From: the human T2T-CHM13v2.0 reference genome, Homo sapiens
NCBI RefSeq assembly: GCF_009914755.1
Contig: NC_060937.1
DNA: 64,000 nucleotides
Reading direction: 5' to 3' (one strand)
The position numbers and the translations under genes are program-made. The notes beneath the pieces were generated by a model. The model made no database searches. It was not told the DNA's origin and worked only from the letters and a program-made list of their open reading frames with translations. This document shows, one piece after another, positions 39,401 to 54,100 of the stretch (its first letter is position 1; every line of letters starts with the position of its first letter).

Positions 39401-42400
39401 GTCTAGATTTTAGATGATGATATTCCCGTTTCCAACGAAATCGTTAGAGCTATCCAAATATCCACTTACAGTTGCTACAAAAACAGTGTTTCCAAACTGC
39501 TGCATCAAAAGAAAGGTTCAACTCTGTTAGTTGAGGACACACGTCACAAAGAAGTTTGTGAGAATGCTTCTGTCTAGATTTTGTATGACGATATTCCCTT
39601 TTCCAACGATATCATTAAAGCAATCTAAATATCCATTTGCAGAATCCACAAAAATAGAGTTTCAAAGCTGCTCTGTAAAAAGAAAGGTTCCACTCTGTTA
39701 GCTGAGTACACACATCACAAACTTGTTTCTCAGAATCCTTCTGTCTCGTTTTTATGGGAAGATATTTACTTTTTCACCGTAGGCATCAAAGCGCTCCAAA
39801 TGTCCACATCCAGATACTCCAGAAAGAGTGTTTCAAACCTGCTCTATGAAAGGGAATCTTCAACTCTATGAGTTGAATGCAGACATCAGAAAGAAATTTC
39901 TGAGAATGCTGCTGTCTACCTTTTATTTGAATTCCCGCTTCCAACGAAATCCTCCAAGCTATCCAAATATCCACTTGCAGATTCCACAAAAAGAGTGTTT
40001 CAAAACTGCTCTCTATCAATGGCAAAGTTCAACTCTGTTAGTTGAGGACACATATCACCAACAAGTTTCTGAGAATGCTTCTGTCTATTTTTTATGGGAA
40101 GATATTTCCTTTTTCACCGTAGGCGTCAAGGCGATCGAAATGTCCACTTCCACAAACTACAAAAAGAGTGTTTCAAACCTGCTCTATGAAAGGCCATGTT
40201 CATCTCTATGAGTCGAATGGAAATATCCGAAAGAAATTTCTGGGAATGCTGCTGTCTAGTTTTTATACGAATTCCCGCTTCCAACGAAATCCTCAAAGCA
40301 ATCCAAATATCCACTTGCAGAATCCACAAAAAGAGTGTTTCAAAACTGCTCTATCAATAGAAAGGTTCAACTCTTTTAGTTGAGTACACACATCACAAAC
40401 AAGTTTCTGAGAATGCTTCTGTCTGGCTTTTATTGGAAGACGTTTCCTTTTCACCAAAGGCATCAAAGCGCTCCAAATGTCCACTTCCAGATTCTTCCAA
40501 AAGAGTGTTTGAAACGTGCTCAAAGTAAGGGAATGTTCAACTCTGTGACTTGAATGCAGATATCACCAAGTAGTTTCTAATAGTGCTTCTGTCTAGATTT
40601 TAGATGATGATATTCCCGTTTCCAACGAAATCGTTAGAGCTATCCAAATATCCACTTACAGTTGCTACAAAAACAGTGTTTCCAAACTGCTGCATCAAAA
40701 GAAAGGTTCAACTCTGTTAGTTGAGGACACACGTCACAAAGAAGTTTGTGAGAATGCTTCTGTCTAGATTTTGTATGACGATATTCCCTTTTCCAACGAT
40801 ATCATTAAAGCAATCTAAATATCCATTTGCAGAATCCACAAAAATAGAGTTTCAAAGCTGCTCTGTAAAAAGAAAGGTTCCACTCTGTTAGCTGAGTACA
40901 CACATCACAAACTTGTTTCTCAGAATCCTTCTGTCTCGTTTTTCTGGGAAGATATTTACTTTTTCACCGTAGGCATCAAAGCGCTCCAAATGTCCACATC
41001 CAGATACTCCAGAAAGAGTGTTTCAAACCTGCTCTATGAAAGGGAATCTTCAACTCTATGAGTTGAATGCAGACATCAGAAAGAAATTTCTGAGAATGCT
41101 GCTGTCTACCTTTTATTTGAATTCCCGCTTCCAACGAAATCCTCCAAGCTATCCAAATATCCACTTGCAGATTCCACAAAAAGAGTGTTTCAAAACTGCT
41201 CTCTATCAATGGCAAAGTTCAACTCTGTTAGTTGAGGACACATATCACCAACAAGTTTCTGAGAATGCTTCTGTCTATTTTTTATGGGAAGATATTTCCT
41301 TTTTCACCGTAGGCGTCAAGGCGATCGAAATGTCCACTTCCACAAACTACAAAAAGAGTGTTTCAAACCTGCTCTATGAAAGGCCATGTTCATCTCTATG
41401 AGTCGAATGGAAATATCCGAAAGAAATTTCTGGGAATGCTGCTGTCTAGTTTTTATACGAATTCCCGCTTCCAACGAAATCCTCAAAGCAATCCAAATAT
41501 CCACTTGCAGAATCCACAAAAAGAGTGTTTCAAAACTGCTCTATCAATAGAAAGGTTCAACTCTTTTAGTTGAGTACACACATCACAAACAAGTTTCTGA
41601 GAATGCTTCTGTCTGGCTTTTATTGGAAGACGTTTCCTTTTCACCAAAGGCATCAAAGCGCTCCAAATGTCCACTTCCAGATTCTTCCAAAAGAGTGTTT
41701 GAAACGTGCTCAAAGTAAGGGAATGTTCAACTCTGTGACTTGAATGCAGATATCACCAAGTAGTTTCTAATAGTGCTTCTGTCTAGATTTTAGATGATGA
41801 TATTCCCGTTTCCAACGAAATCGTTAGAGCTATCCAAATATCCACTTACAGTTGCTACAAAAACAGTGTTTCCAAACTGCTGCATCAAAAGAAAGGTTCA
41901 ACTCTGTTAGTTGAGGACACACGTCACAAAGAAGTTTGTGAGAATGCTTCTGTCTAGATTTTGTATGACGATATTCCCTTTTCCAACGATATCGTTAAAG
42001 CAATCTAAATATCCATTTGCAGAATCCACAAAAATAGAGTTTCAAAGCTGCTCTGTAAAAAGAAAGGTTCCACTCTGTTAGCTGAGTACACACATCACAA
42101 ACTTGTTTCTCAGAATCCTTCTGTCTCGTTTTTCTGGGAAGATATTTACTTTTTCACCGTAGACATCAAAGCGCTCCAAATGTCCACATCCAGATACTCC
42201 AGAAAGAGTGTTTCAAACCTGCTCTATGAAAGGGAATCTTCAACTCTATGAGTTGAATGCAGACATCAGAAAGAAATTTCTGAGAATGCTGCTGTCTACC
42301 TTTTATTTGAATTCCCGCTTCCAACGAAATCCTCCAAGCTATCCAAATATCCACTTGCAGATTCCACAAAAAGAGTGTTTCAAAACTGCTCTCTATCAAT

Positions 42401-44982
42401 GGCAAAGTTCAACTCTGTTAGTTGAGGACACATATCACCAACAAGTTTCTGAGAATGCTTCTGTCTATTTTTTATGGGAAGATATTTCCTTTTTCACCGT
42501 AGGCGTCAAGGCGATCGAAATGTCCACTTCCACAAACTACAAAAAGAGTGTTTCAAACCTGCTCTATGAAAGGCCATGTTCATCTCTATGAGTCGAATGG
42601 AAATATCCGAAAGAAATTTCTGGGAATGCTGCTGTCTAGTTTTTATACGAATTCCCGCTTCCAACGAAATCCTCAAAGCAATCCAAATATCCACTTGCAG
42701 AATCCACAAAAAGAGTGTTTCAAAACTGCTCTATCAATAGAAAGGTTCAACTCTTTTAGTTGAGTACACACATCACAAACAAGTTTCTGAGAATGCTTCT
42801 GTCTGGCTTTTATTGGAAGACGTTTCCTTTTCACCAAAGGCATCAAAGCGCTCCAAATGTCCACTTCCAGATTCTTCCAAAAGAGTGTTTGAAACGTGCT
42901 CAAAGTAAGGGAATGTTCAACTCTGTGACTTGAATGCAGATATCACCAAGTAGTTTCTAATAGTGCTTCTGTCTAGATTTTAGATGATGATATTCCCGTT
43001 TCCAACGAAATCGTTAGAGCTATCCAAATATCCACTTACAGTTGCTACAAAAAGAGTGTTTCCAAACTGCTGCATCAAAAGAAAGGTTCAACTCTGTTAG
43101 TTGAGGACACACATCACAAAGAAGTTTGTGAGAATGCTTCTGTCTAGATTTTGTATGACCATATTCCCTTTTCCAGCGATATCATTAAAGCAATCTAAAT
43201 ATCCATTTGCAGAATCCACAAAAATAGAGTTTCAAAGCTGCTCTGTAAAAAGAAAGGTTCCACTCTGTTAGCTGAGTACACACATCACAAACTTGTTTCT
43301 CAGAATCCTTCTGTCTCGTTTTTATGGGAAGATATTTACTTTTTCACCGTAGGCATCAAAGCGCTCCAAATGTCCACATCCAGATACTCCAGAAAGAGTG
43401 TTTCAAACCTGCTCTATGAAAGGGAATCTTCAACTCTATGAGTTGAATGCAGACATCAGAAAGAAATTTCTGAGAATGCTGCTGTCTACCTTTTATTTGA
43501 ATTCCCGCTTCCAACGAAATCCTCCAAGCTATCCAAATATCCACCTGCATTTTCCACAAAAAGAGCGTTTCAAAACTGCTCTATCAATAGAAATGTTCAA
43601 CTCCTTTGGCTGGGTACACACATCACAAACAAGTTTCTGAGAATGCTTCTGTCTAGTTTTTATGGGAAGACATTCCCTTTTTCACCAAAGGCATCAAAGC
43701 GCTCCAAATGTCCACTTCCAGACACTACAAAAAGAGTGTTTCCAACGTGCTCTAAGAAAGCGAATGTTCAACTCTGTGACTTGAATGCAGATATCACAAA
43801 GTAGTTTCTGAGAGGGCTTCTGTCTAGATTTTAGATGATGATATTCCCGTTTCCAACGAAATCATTAGAGCTATCCAAATATCCACTTACAGTTTCTACA
43901 AAAAGAGTGTTTCCAAACTGCTGCATCAAAAGAGAGGTTCCACTCTGTTAGCTGAGTACACACATCACAAACTTGTTTCTCAGAATCCTTCTGTCTCGTT
44001 TTTCTGGGAAGATATTTACTTTTTCACCGTAGGCATCAAAGCGCTCCAAATGTCCACATCCAGATACTCCAGAAAGAGTGTTTCAAACCTGCTCTATGAA
44101 AGGGAATCTTCAACTCTATGAGTTGAATGCAGACATCAGAAAGAAATTTCTGAGAATGCTGCTGTCTACCTTTTATTTGAATTCCCGCTTCCAACGAAAT
44201 CCTCCAAGCTATCCAAATATCCACTTGCAGATTCCACAAAAAGAGTGTTTCAAAACTGCTCTCTATCAATGGCAAAGTTCAACTCTGTTAGTTGAGGACA
44301 CATATCACCAACAAGTTTCTGAGAATGCTTCTGTCTATTTTTTATGGGAAGATATTTCCTTTTTCACCGTAGGCGTCAAGGCGATCGAAATGTCCACTTC
44401 CACAAACTACAAAAAGAGTGTTTCAAACCTGCTCTATGAAAGGCCATGTTCATCTCTATGAGTCGAATGGAAATATCCGAAAGAAATTTCTGGGAATGCT
44501 GCTGTCTAGTTTTTATACGAATTCCCGCTTCCAACGAAATCCTCAAAGCAATCCAAATATCCACTTGCAGAATCCACAAAAAGAGTGTTTCAAAACTGCT
44601 CTATCAATAGAAAGGTTCAACTCTTTTAGTTGAGTACACACATCACAAACAAGTTTCTGAGAATGCTTCTGTCTGGCTTTTATTGGAAGACGTTTCCTTT
44701 TCACCAAAGGCATCAAAGCGCTCCAAATGTCCACTTCCAGATTCTTCCAAAAGAGTGTTTGAAACGTGCTCAAAGTAAGGGAATGTTCAACTCTGTGACT
44801 TGAATGCAGATATCACCAAGTAGTTTCTAATAGTGCTTCTGTCTAGATTTTAGATGATGATATTCCCGTTTCCAACGAAATCGTTAGAGCTATCCAAATA
44901 TCCACTTACAGTTTCTACAAAAAGAGTGTTTCCAAACTGCTGCATCAAAAGAAAGGTTCAACTCTGTTAGTTGAGGACACAC

Positions 44983-47900
44983 ATCACAAAGAAGTTTGTG
45001 AGAATGCTTCTGTCTAGATTTTGTATGACCATATTCCCTTTTCCAGCGATATCATTAAAGCAATCTAAATATCCATTTGCAGAATCCACAAAAATAGAGT
45101 TTCAAAGCTGCTCTGTAAAAAGAAAGGTTCCACTCTGTTAGCTGAGTACACACATCACAAACTTGTTTCTGAGAATCCTTCTGTCTCGTTTTTATGGGAA
45201 GATATTTACTTTTTCACCGTAGGCATCAAAGCGCTCCAAATGTCCACATCCAGATACTCCAGAAAGAGTGTTTCAAACCTGCTCTATGAAAGGGAATCTT
45301 CAACTCTATGAGTTGAATGCAGACATCAGAAAGAAATTTCTGAGAATGCTGCTGTCTACCTTTTATTTGAATTCCCGCTTCCAACGAAATCCTCCAAGCT
45401 ATCCAAATATCCACCTGCATTTTCCACAAAAAGAGCGTTTCAAAACTGCTCTATCAATAGAAATGTTCAACTCCTTTGGCTGGGTACACACATCACAAAC
45501 AAGTTTCTGAGAATGCTTCTGTCTAGTTTTTATGGGAAGACATTCCCTTTTTCACCAAAGGCATCAAAGCGCTCCAAATGTCCACTTCCAGACACTACAA
45601 AAAGAGTGTTTCCAACGTGCTCTAAGAAAGCGAATGTTCAACTCTGTGACTTGAATGCAGATATCACAAAGTAGTTTCTGAGAGGGCTTCTGTCTAGATT
45701 TTAGATGATGATATTCCCGTTTCCAACGAAATCATTAGAGCTATCCAAATATCCACTTACAGTTTCTACAAAAAGAGTGTTTCCAAACTGCTGCATCAAA
45801 AGAGAGGTTCCACTCTGTTAGCTGAGTACACACATCACAAACTTGTTTCTCAGAATCCTTCTGTCTCGTTTTTCTGGGAAGATATTTACTTTTTCACCGT
45901 AGGCATCAAAGCGCTCCAAATGTCCACATCCAGATACTCCAGAAAGAGTGTTTCAAACCTGCTCTATGAAAGGGAATCTTCAACTCTATGAGTTGAATGC
46001 AGACATCAGAAAGAAATTTCTGAGAATGCTGCTGTCTACCTTTTATTTGAATTCCCGCTTCCAACGAAATCCTCCAAGCTATCCAAATATCCACTTGCAG
46101 ATTCCACAAAAAGAGTGTTTCAAAACTGCTCTCTATCAATGGCAAAGTTCAACTCTGTTAGTTGAGGACACATATCACCAACAAGTTTCTGAGAATGCTT
46201 CTGTCTATTTTTTATGGGAAGATATTTCCTTTTTCACCGTAGGCGTCAAGGCGATCGAAATGTCCACTTCCACAAACTACAAAAAGAGTGTTTCAAACCT
46301 GCTCTATGAAAGGCCATGTTCATCTCTATGAGTCGAATGGAAATATCCGAAAGAAATTTCTGGGAATGCTGCTGTCTAGTTTTTATACGAATTCCCGCTT
46401 CCAACGAAATCCTCAAAGCAATCCAAATATCCACTTGCAGAATCCACAAAAAGAGTGTTTCAAAACTGCTCTATCAATAGAAAGGTTCAACTCTTTTAGT
46501 TGAGTACACACATCACAAACAAGTTTCTGAGAATGCTTCTGTCTGGCTTTTATTGGAAGACGTTTCCTTTTCACCAAAGGCATCAAAGCGCTCCAAATGT
46601 CCACTTCCAGATTCTTCCAAAAGAGTGTTTGAAACGTGCTCAAAGTAAGGGAATGTTCAACTCTGTGACTTGAATGCAGATATCACCAAGTAGTTTCTAA
46701 TAGTGCTTCTGTCTAGATTTTAGATGATGATATTCCCGTTTCCAACGAAATCGTTAGAGCTATCCAAATATCCACTTACAGTTGCTACAAAAACAGTGTT
46801 TCCAAACTGCTGCATCAAAAGAAAGGTTCAACTCTGTTAGTTGAGGACACACGTCACAAAGAAGTTTGTGAGAATGCTTCTGTCTAGATTTTGTATGACG
46901 ATATTCCCTTTTCCAACGATATCGTTAAAGCAATCTAAATATCCATTTGCAGAATCCACAAAAATAGAGTTTCAAAGCTGCTCTGTAAAAAGAAAGGTTC
47001 CACTCTGTTAGCTGAGTACACACATCACAAACTTGTTTCTCAGAATCCTTCTGTCTCGTTTTTATGGGAAGATATTTACTTTTTCACCGTAGGCATCAAA
47101 GCGCTCCAAATGTCCACATCCAGATACTCCAGAAAGAGTGTTTCAAACCTGCTCTATGAAAGGGAATCTTCAACTCTATGAGTTGAATGCAGACATCAGA
47201 AAGAAATTTCTGAGAATGCTGCTGTCTACCTTTTATTTGAATTCCCGCTTCCAACGAAATCCTCCAAGCTATCCAAATATCCACTTGCAGATTCCACAAA
47301 AAGAGTGTTTCAAAACTGCTCTCTATCAATGGCAAAGTTCAACTCTGTTAGTTGAGGACACATATCACCAACAAGTTTCTGAGAATGCTTCTGTCTATTT
47401 TTTATGGGAAGATATTTCCTTTTTCACCGTAGGCGTCAAGGCGATCGAAATGTCCACTTCCACAAACTACAAAAAGAGTGTTTCAAACCTGCTCTATGAA
47501 AGGCCATGTTCATCTCTATGAGTCGAATGGAAATATCCGAAAGAAATTTCTGGGAATGCTGCTGTCTAGTTTTTATACGAATTCCCGCTTCCAACGAAAT
47601 CCTCAAAGCAATCCAAATATCCACTTGCAGAATCCACAAAAAGAGTGTTTCAAAACTGCTCTATCAATAGAAAGGTTCAACTCTTTTAGTTGAGTACACA
47701 CATCACAAACAAGTTTCTGAGAATGCTTCTGTCTGGCTTTTATTGGAAGACGTTTCCTTTTCACCAAAGGCATCAAAGCGCTCCAAATGTCCACTTCCAG
47801 ATTCTTCCAAAAGAGTGTTTGAAACGTGCTCAAAGTAAGGGAATGTTCAACTCTGTGACTTGAATGCAGATATCACCAAGTAGTTTCTAATAGTGCTTCT

Positions 47901-50900
47901 GTCTAGATTTTAGATGATGATATTCCCGTTTCCAACGAAATCGTTAGAGCTATCCAAATATCCACTTACAGTTGCTACAAAAACAGTGTTTCCAAACTGC
48001 TGCATCAAAAGAAAGGTTCAACTCTGTTAGTTGAGGACACACATCACAAAGAAGTTTGTGAGAATGCTTCTGTCTAGATTTTGTATGACCATATTCCCTT
48101 TTCCAGCGATATCATTAAAGCAATCTAAATATCCATTTGCAGAATCCACAAAAATAGAGTTTCAAAGCTGCTCTGTAAAAAGAAAGGTTCCACTCTGTTA
48201 GCTGAGTACACACATCACAAACTTGTTTCTGAGAATCCTTCTGTCTCGTTTTTATGGGAAGATATTTACTTTTTCACCGTAGGCATCAAAGCGCTCCAAA
48301 TGTCCACATCCAGATACTCCAGAAAGAGTGTTTCAAACCTGCTCTATGAAAGGGAATCTTCAACTCTATGAGTTGAATGCAGACATCAGAAAGAAATTTC
48401 TGAGAATGCTGCTGTCTACCTTTTATTTGAATTCCCGCTTCCAACGAAATCCTCCAAGCTATCCAAATATCCACCTGCATTTTCCACAAAAAGAGCGTTT
48501 CAAAACTGCTCTATCAATAGAAATGTTCAACTCCTTTGGCTGGGTACACACATCACAAACAAGTTTCTGAGAATGCTTCTGTCTAGTTTTTATGGGAAGA
48601 CATTCCCTTTTTCACCAAAGGCATCAAAGCGCTCCAAATGTCCACTTCCAGACACTACAAAAAGAGTGTTTCCAACGTGCTCTAAGAAAGCGAATGTTCA
48701 ACTCTGTGACTTGAATGCAGATATCACAAAGTAGTTTCTGAGAGGGCTTCTGTCTAGATTTTAGATGATGATATTCCCGTTTCCAACGAAATCATTAGAG
48801 CTATCCAAATATCCACTTACAGTTTCTACAAAAAGAGTGTTTCCAAACTGCTGCATCAAAAGAGAGGTTCCACTCTGTTAGCTGAGTACACACATCACAA
48901 ACTTGTTTCTCAGAATCCTTCTGTCTCGTTTTTCTGGGAAGATATTTACTTTTTCACCGTAGGCATCAAAGCGCTCCAAATGTCCACATCCAGATACTCC
49001 AGAAAGAGTGTTTCAAACCTGCTCTATGAAAGGGAATCTTCAACTCTATGAGTTGAATGCAGACATCAGAAAGAAATTTCTGAGAATGCTGCTGTCTACC
49101 TTTTATTTGAATTCCCGCTTCCAACGAAATCCTCCAAGCTATCCAAATATCCACTTGCAGATTCCACAAAAAGAGTGTTTCAAAACTGCTCTCTATCAAT
49201 GGCAAAGTTCAACTCTGTTAGTTGAGGACACATATCACCAACAAGTTTCTGAGAATGCTTCTGTCTATTTTTTATGGGAAGATATTTCCTTTTTCACCGT
49301 AGGCGTCAAGGCGATCGAAATGTCCACTTCCACAAACTACAAAAAGAGTGTTTCAAACCTGCTCTATGAAAGGCCATGTTCATCTCTATGAGTCGAATGG
49401 AAATATCCGAAAGAAATTTCTGGGAATGCTGCTGTCTAGTTTTTATACGAATTCCCGCTTCCAACGAAATCCTCAAAGCAATCCAAATATCCACTTGCAG
49501 AATCCACAAAAAGAGTGTTTCAAAACTGCTCTATCAATAGAAAGGTTCAACTCTTTTAGTTGAGTACACACATCACAAACAAGTTTCTGAGAATGCTTCT
49601 GTCTGGCTTTTATTGGAAGACGTTTCCTTTTCACCAAAGGCATCAAAGCGCTCCAAATGTCCACTTCCAGATTCTTCCAAAAGAGTGTTTGAAACGTGCT
49701 CAAAGTAAGGGAATGTTCAACTCTGTGACTTGAATGCAGATATCACCAAGTAGTTTCTAATAGTGCTTCTGTCTAGATTTTAGATGATGATATTCCCGTT
49801 TCCAACGAAATCGTTAGAGCTATCCAAATATCCACTTACAGTTGCTACAAAAACAGTGTTTCCAAACTGCTGCATCAAAAGAAAGGTTCAACTCTGTTAG
49901 TTGAGGACACACGTCACAAAGAAGTTTGTGAGAATGCTTCTGTCTAGATTTTGTATGACGATATTCCCTTTTCCAACGATATCGTTAAAGCAATCTAAAT
50001 ATCCATTTGCAGAATCCACAAAAATAGAGTTTCAAAGCTGCTCTGTAAAAAGAAAGGTTCCACTCTGTTAGCTGAGTACACACATCACAAACTTGTTTCT
50101 CAGAATCCTTCTGTCTCGTTTTTATGGGAAGATATTTACTTTTTCACCGTAGGCATCAAAGCGCTCCAAATGTCCACATCCAGATACTCCAGAAAGAGTG
50201 TTTCAAACCTGCTCTATGAAAGGGAATCTTCAACTCTATGAGTTGAATGCAGACATCAGAAAGAAATTTCTGAGAATGCTGCTGTCTACCTTTTATTTGA
50301 ATTCCCGCTTCCAACGAAATCCTCCAAGCTATCCAAATATCCACTTGCAGATTCCACAAAAAGAGTGTTTCAAAACTGCTCTCTATCAATGGCAAAGTTC
50401 AACTCTGTTAGTTGAGGACACATATCACCAACAAGTTTCTGAGAATGCTTCTGTCTATTTTTTATGGGAAGATATTTCCTTTTTCACCGTAGGCGTCAAG
50501 GCGATCGAAATGTCCACTTCCACAAACTACAAAAAGAGTGTTTCAAACCTGCTCTATGAAAGGCCATGTTCATCTCTATGAGTCGAATGGAAATATCCGA
50601 AAGAAATTTCTGGGAATGCTGCTGTCTAGTTTTTATACGAATTCCCGCTTCCAACGAAATCCTCAAAGCAATCCAAATATCCACTTGCAGAATCCACAAA
50701 AAGAGTGTTTCAAAACTGCTCTATCAATAGAAAGGTTCAACTCTTTTAGTTGAGTACACACATCACAAACAAGTTTCTGAGAATGCTTCTGTCTGGCTTT
50801 TATTGGAAGACGTTTCCTTTTCACCAAAGGCATCAAAGCGCTCCAAATGTCCACTTCCAGATTCTTCCAAAAGAGTGTTTGAAACGTGCTCAAAGTAAGG

Positions 50901-51102
50901 GAATGTTCAACTCTGTGACTTGAATGCAGATATCACCAAGTAGTTTCTAATAGTGCTTCTGTCTAGATTTTAGATGATGATATTCCCGTTTCCAACGAAA
51001 TCGTTAGAGCTATCCAAATATCCACTTACAGTTGCTACAAAAACAGTGTTTCCAAACTGCTGCATCAAAAGAAAGGTTCAACTCTGTTAGTTGAGGACAC
51101 AC
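44983..51102. repeat. Probable 3060-bp (11+7 = 18-monomer) tandem duplication with its junction in 47985-48042
   Basis: Units 44262/46132 and 47322/49192 share alleles at offset 3060; unit 47322 switches from 7-mer-type to 11-mer-type alleles between 47984 and 48043. Confidence 0.65.
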
Positions 51103-54100
51103 GTCACAAAGAAGTTTGTGAGAATGCTTCTGTCTAGATTTTGTATGACGATATTCCCTTTTCCAACGATATCATTAAAGCAATCTAAATATCCATTTGC
51201 AGAATCCACAAAAATAGAGTTTCAAAGCTGCTCTGTAAAAAGAAAGGTTCCACTCTGTTAGCTGAGTACACACATCACAAACTTGTTTCTCAGAATCCTT
51301 CTGTCTCGTTTTTATGGGAAGATATTTACTTTTTCACCGTAGGCATCAAAGCGCTCCAAATGTCCACATCCAGATACTCCAGAAAGAGTGTTTCAAACCT
51401 GCTCTATGAAAGGGAATCTTCAACTCTATGAGTTGAATGCAGACATCAGAAAGAAATTTCTGAGAATGCTGCTGTCTACCTTTTATTTGAATTCCCGCTT
51501 CCAACGAAATCCTCCAAGCTATCCAAATATCCACTTGCAGATTCCACAAAAAGAGTGTTTCAAAACTGCTCTCTATCAATGGCAAAGTTCAACTCTGTTA
51601 GTTGAGGACACATATCACCAACAAGTTTCTGAGAATGCTTCTGTCTATTTTTTATGGGAAGATATTTCCTTTTTCACCGTAGGCGTCAAGGCGATCGAAA
51701 TGTCCACTTCCACAAACTACAAAAAGAGTGTTTCAAACCTGCTCTATGAAAGGCCATGTTCATCTCTATGAGTCGAATGGAAATATCCGAAAGAAATTTC
51801 TGGGAATGCTGCTGTCTAGTTTTTATACGAATTCCCGCTTCCAACGAAATCCTCAAAGCAATCCAAATATCCACTTGCAGAATCCACAAAAAGAGTGTTT
51901 CAAAACTGCTCTATCAATAGAAAGGTTCAACTCTTTTAGTTGAGTACACACATCACAAACAAGTTTCTGAGAATGCTTCTGTCTGGCTTTTATTGGAAGA
52001 CGTTTCCTTTTCACCAAAGGCATCAAAGCGCTCCAAATGTCCACTTCCAGATTCTTCCAAAAGAGTGTTTGAAACGTGCTCAAAGTAAGGGAATGTTCAA
52101 CTCTGTGACTTGAATGCAGATATCACCAAGTAGTTTCTAATAGTGCTTCTGTCTAGATTTTAGATGATGATATTCCCGTTTCCAACGAAATCGTTAGAGC
52201 TATCCAAATATCCACTTACAGTTGCTACAAAAACAGTGTTTCCAAACTGCTGCATCAAAAGAAAGGTTCAACTCTGTTAGTTGAGGACACACGTCACAAA
52301 GAAGTTTGTGAGAATGCTTCTGTCTAGATTTTGTATGACGATATTCCCTTTTCCAACGATATCATTAAAGCAATCTAAATATCCATTTGCAGAATCCACA
52401 AAAATAGAGTTTCAAAGCTGCTCTGTAAAAAGAAAGGTTCCACTCTGTTAGCTGAGTACACACATCACAAACTTGTTTCTCAGAATCCTTCTGTCTCGTT
52501 TTTCTGGGAAGATATTTACTTTTTCACCGTAGGCATCAAAGCGCTCCAAATGTCCACATCCAGATACTCCAGAAAGAGTGTTTCAAACCTGCTCTATGAA
52601 AGGGAATCTTCAACTCTATGAGTTGAATGCAGACATCAGAAAGAAATTTCTGAGAATGCTGCTGTCTACCTTTTATTTGAATTCCCGCTTCCAACGAAAT
52701 CCTCCAAGCTATCCAAATATCCACTTGCAGATTCCACAAAAAGAGTGTTTCAAAACTGCTCTCTATCAATGGCAAAGTTCAACTCTGTTAGTTGAGGACA
52801 CATATCACCAACAAGTTTCTGAGAATGCTTCTGTCTATTTTTTATGGGAAGATATTTCCTTTTTCACCGTAGGCGTCAAGGCGATCGAAATGTCCACTTC
52901 CACAAACTACAAAAAGAGTGTTTCAAACCTGCTCTATGAAAGGCCATGTTCATCTCTATGAGTCGAATGGAAATATCCGAAAGAAATTTCTGGGAATGCT
53001 GCTGTCTAGTTTTTATACGAATTCCCGCTTCCAACGAAATCCTCAAAGCAATCCAAATATCCACTTGCAGAATCCACAAAAAGAGTGTTTCAAAACTGCT
53101 CTATCAATAGAAAGGTTCAACTCTTTTAGTTGAGTACACACATCACAAACAAGTTTCTGAGAATGCTTCTGTCTGGCTTTTATTGGAAGACGTTTCCTTT
53201 TCACCAAAGGCATCAAAGCGCTCCAAATGTCCACTTCCAGATTCTTCCAAAAGAGTGTTTGAAACGTGCTCAAAGTAAGGGAATGTTCAACTCTGTGACT
53301 TGAATGCAGATATCACCAAGTAGTTTCTAATAGTGCTTCTGTCTAGATTTTAGATGATGATATTCCCGTTTCCAACGAAATCGTTAGAGCTATCCAAATA
53401 TCCACTTACAGTTGCTACAAAAACAGTGTTTCCAAACTGCTGCATCAAAAGAAAGGTTCAACTCTGTTAGTTGAGGACACACGTCACAAAGAAGTTTGTG
53501 AGAATGCTTCTGTCTAGATTTTGTATGACGATATTCCCTTTTCCAACGATATCATTAAAGCAATCTAAATATCCATTTGCAGAATCCACAAAAATAGAGT
53601 TTCAAAGCTGCTCTGTAAAAAGAAAGGTTCCACTCTGTTAGCTGAGTACACACATCACAAACTTGTTTCTCAGAATCCTTCTGTCTCGTTTTTATGGGAA
53701 GATATTTACTTTTTCACCGTAGGCATCAAAGCGCTCCAAATGTCCACATCCAGATACTCCAGAAAGAGTGTTTCAAACCTGCTCTATGAAAGGGAATCTT
53801 CAACTCTATGAGTTGAATGCAGACATCAGAAAGAAATTTCTGAGAATGCTGCTGTCTACCTTTTATTTGAATTCCCGCTTCCAACGAAATCCTCCAAGCT
53901 ATCCAAATATCCACTTGCAGATTCCACAAAAAGAGTGTTTCAAAACTGCTCTCTATCAATGGCAAAGTTCAACTCTGTTAGTTGAGGACACATATCACCA
54001 ACAAGTTTCTGAGAATGCTTCTGTCTATTTTTTATGGGAAGATATTTCCTTTTTCACCGTAGGCGTCAAGGCGATCGAAATGTCCACTTCCACAAACTAC

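Larger units (their letters stand above)
29522..42391 (-). repeat. 11-mer-free block: five 7-mers, one 6-mer, five 7-mers
   Basis: Anchor spacings are all 1190 except one of 1019. Confidence 0.93.
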
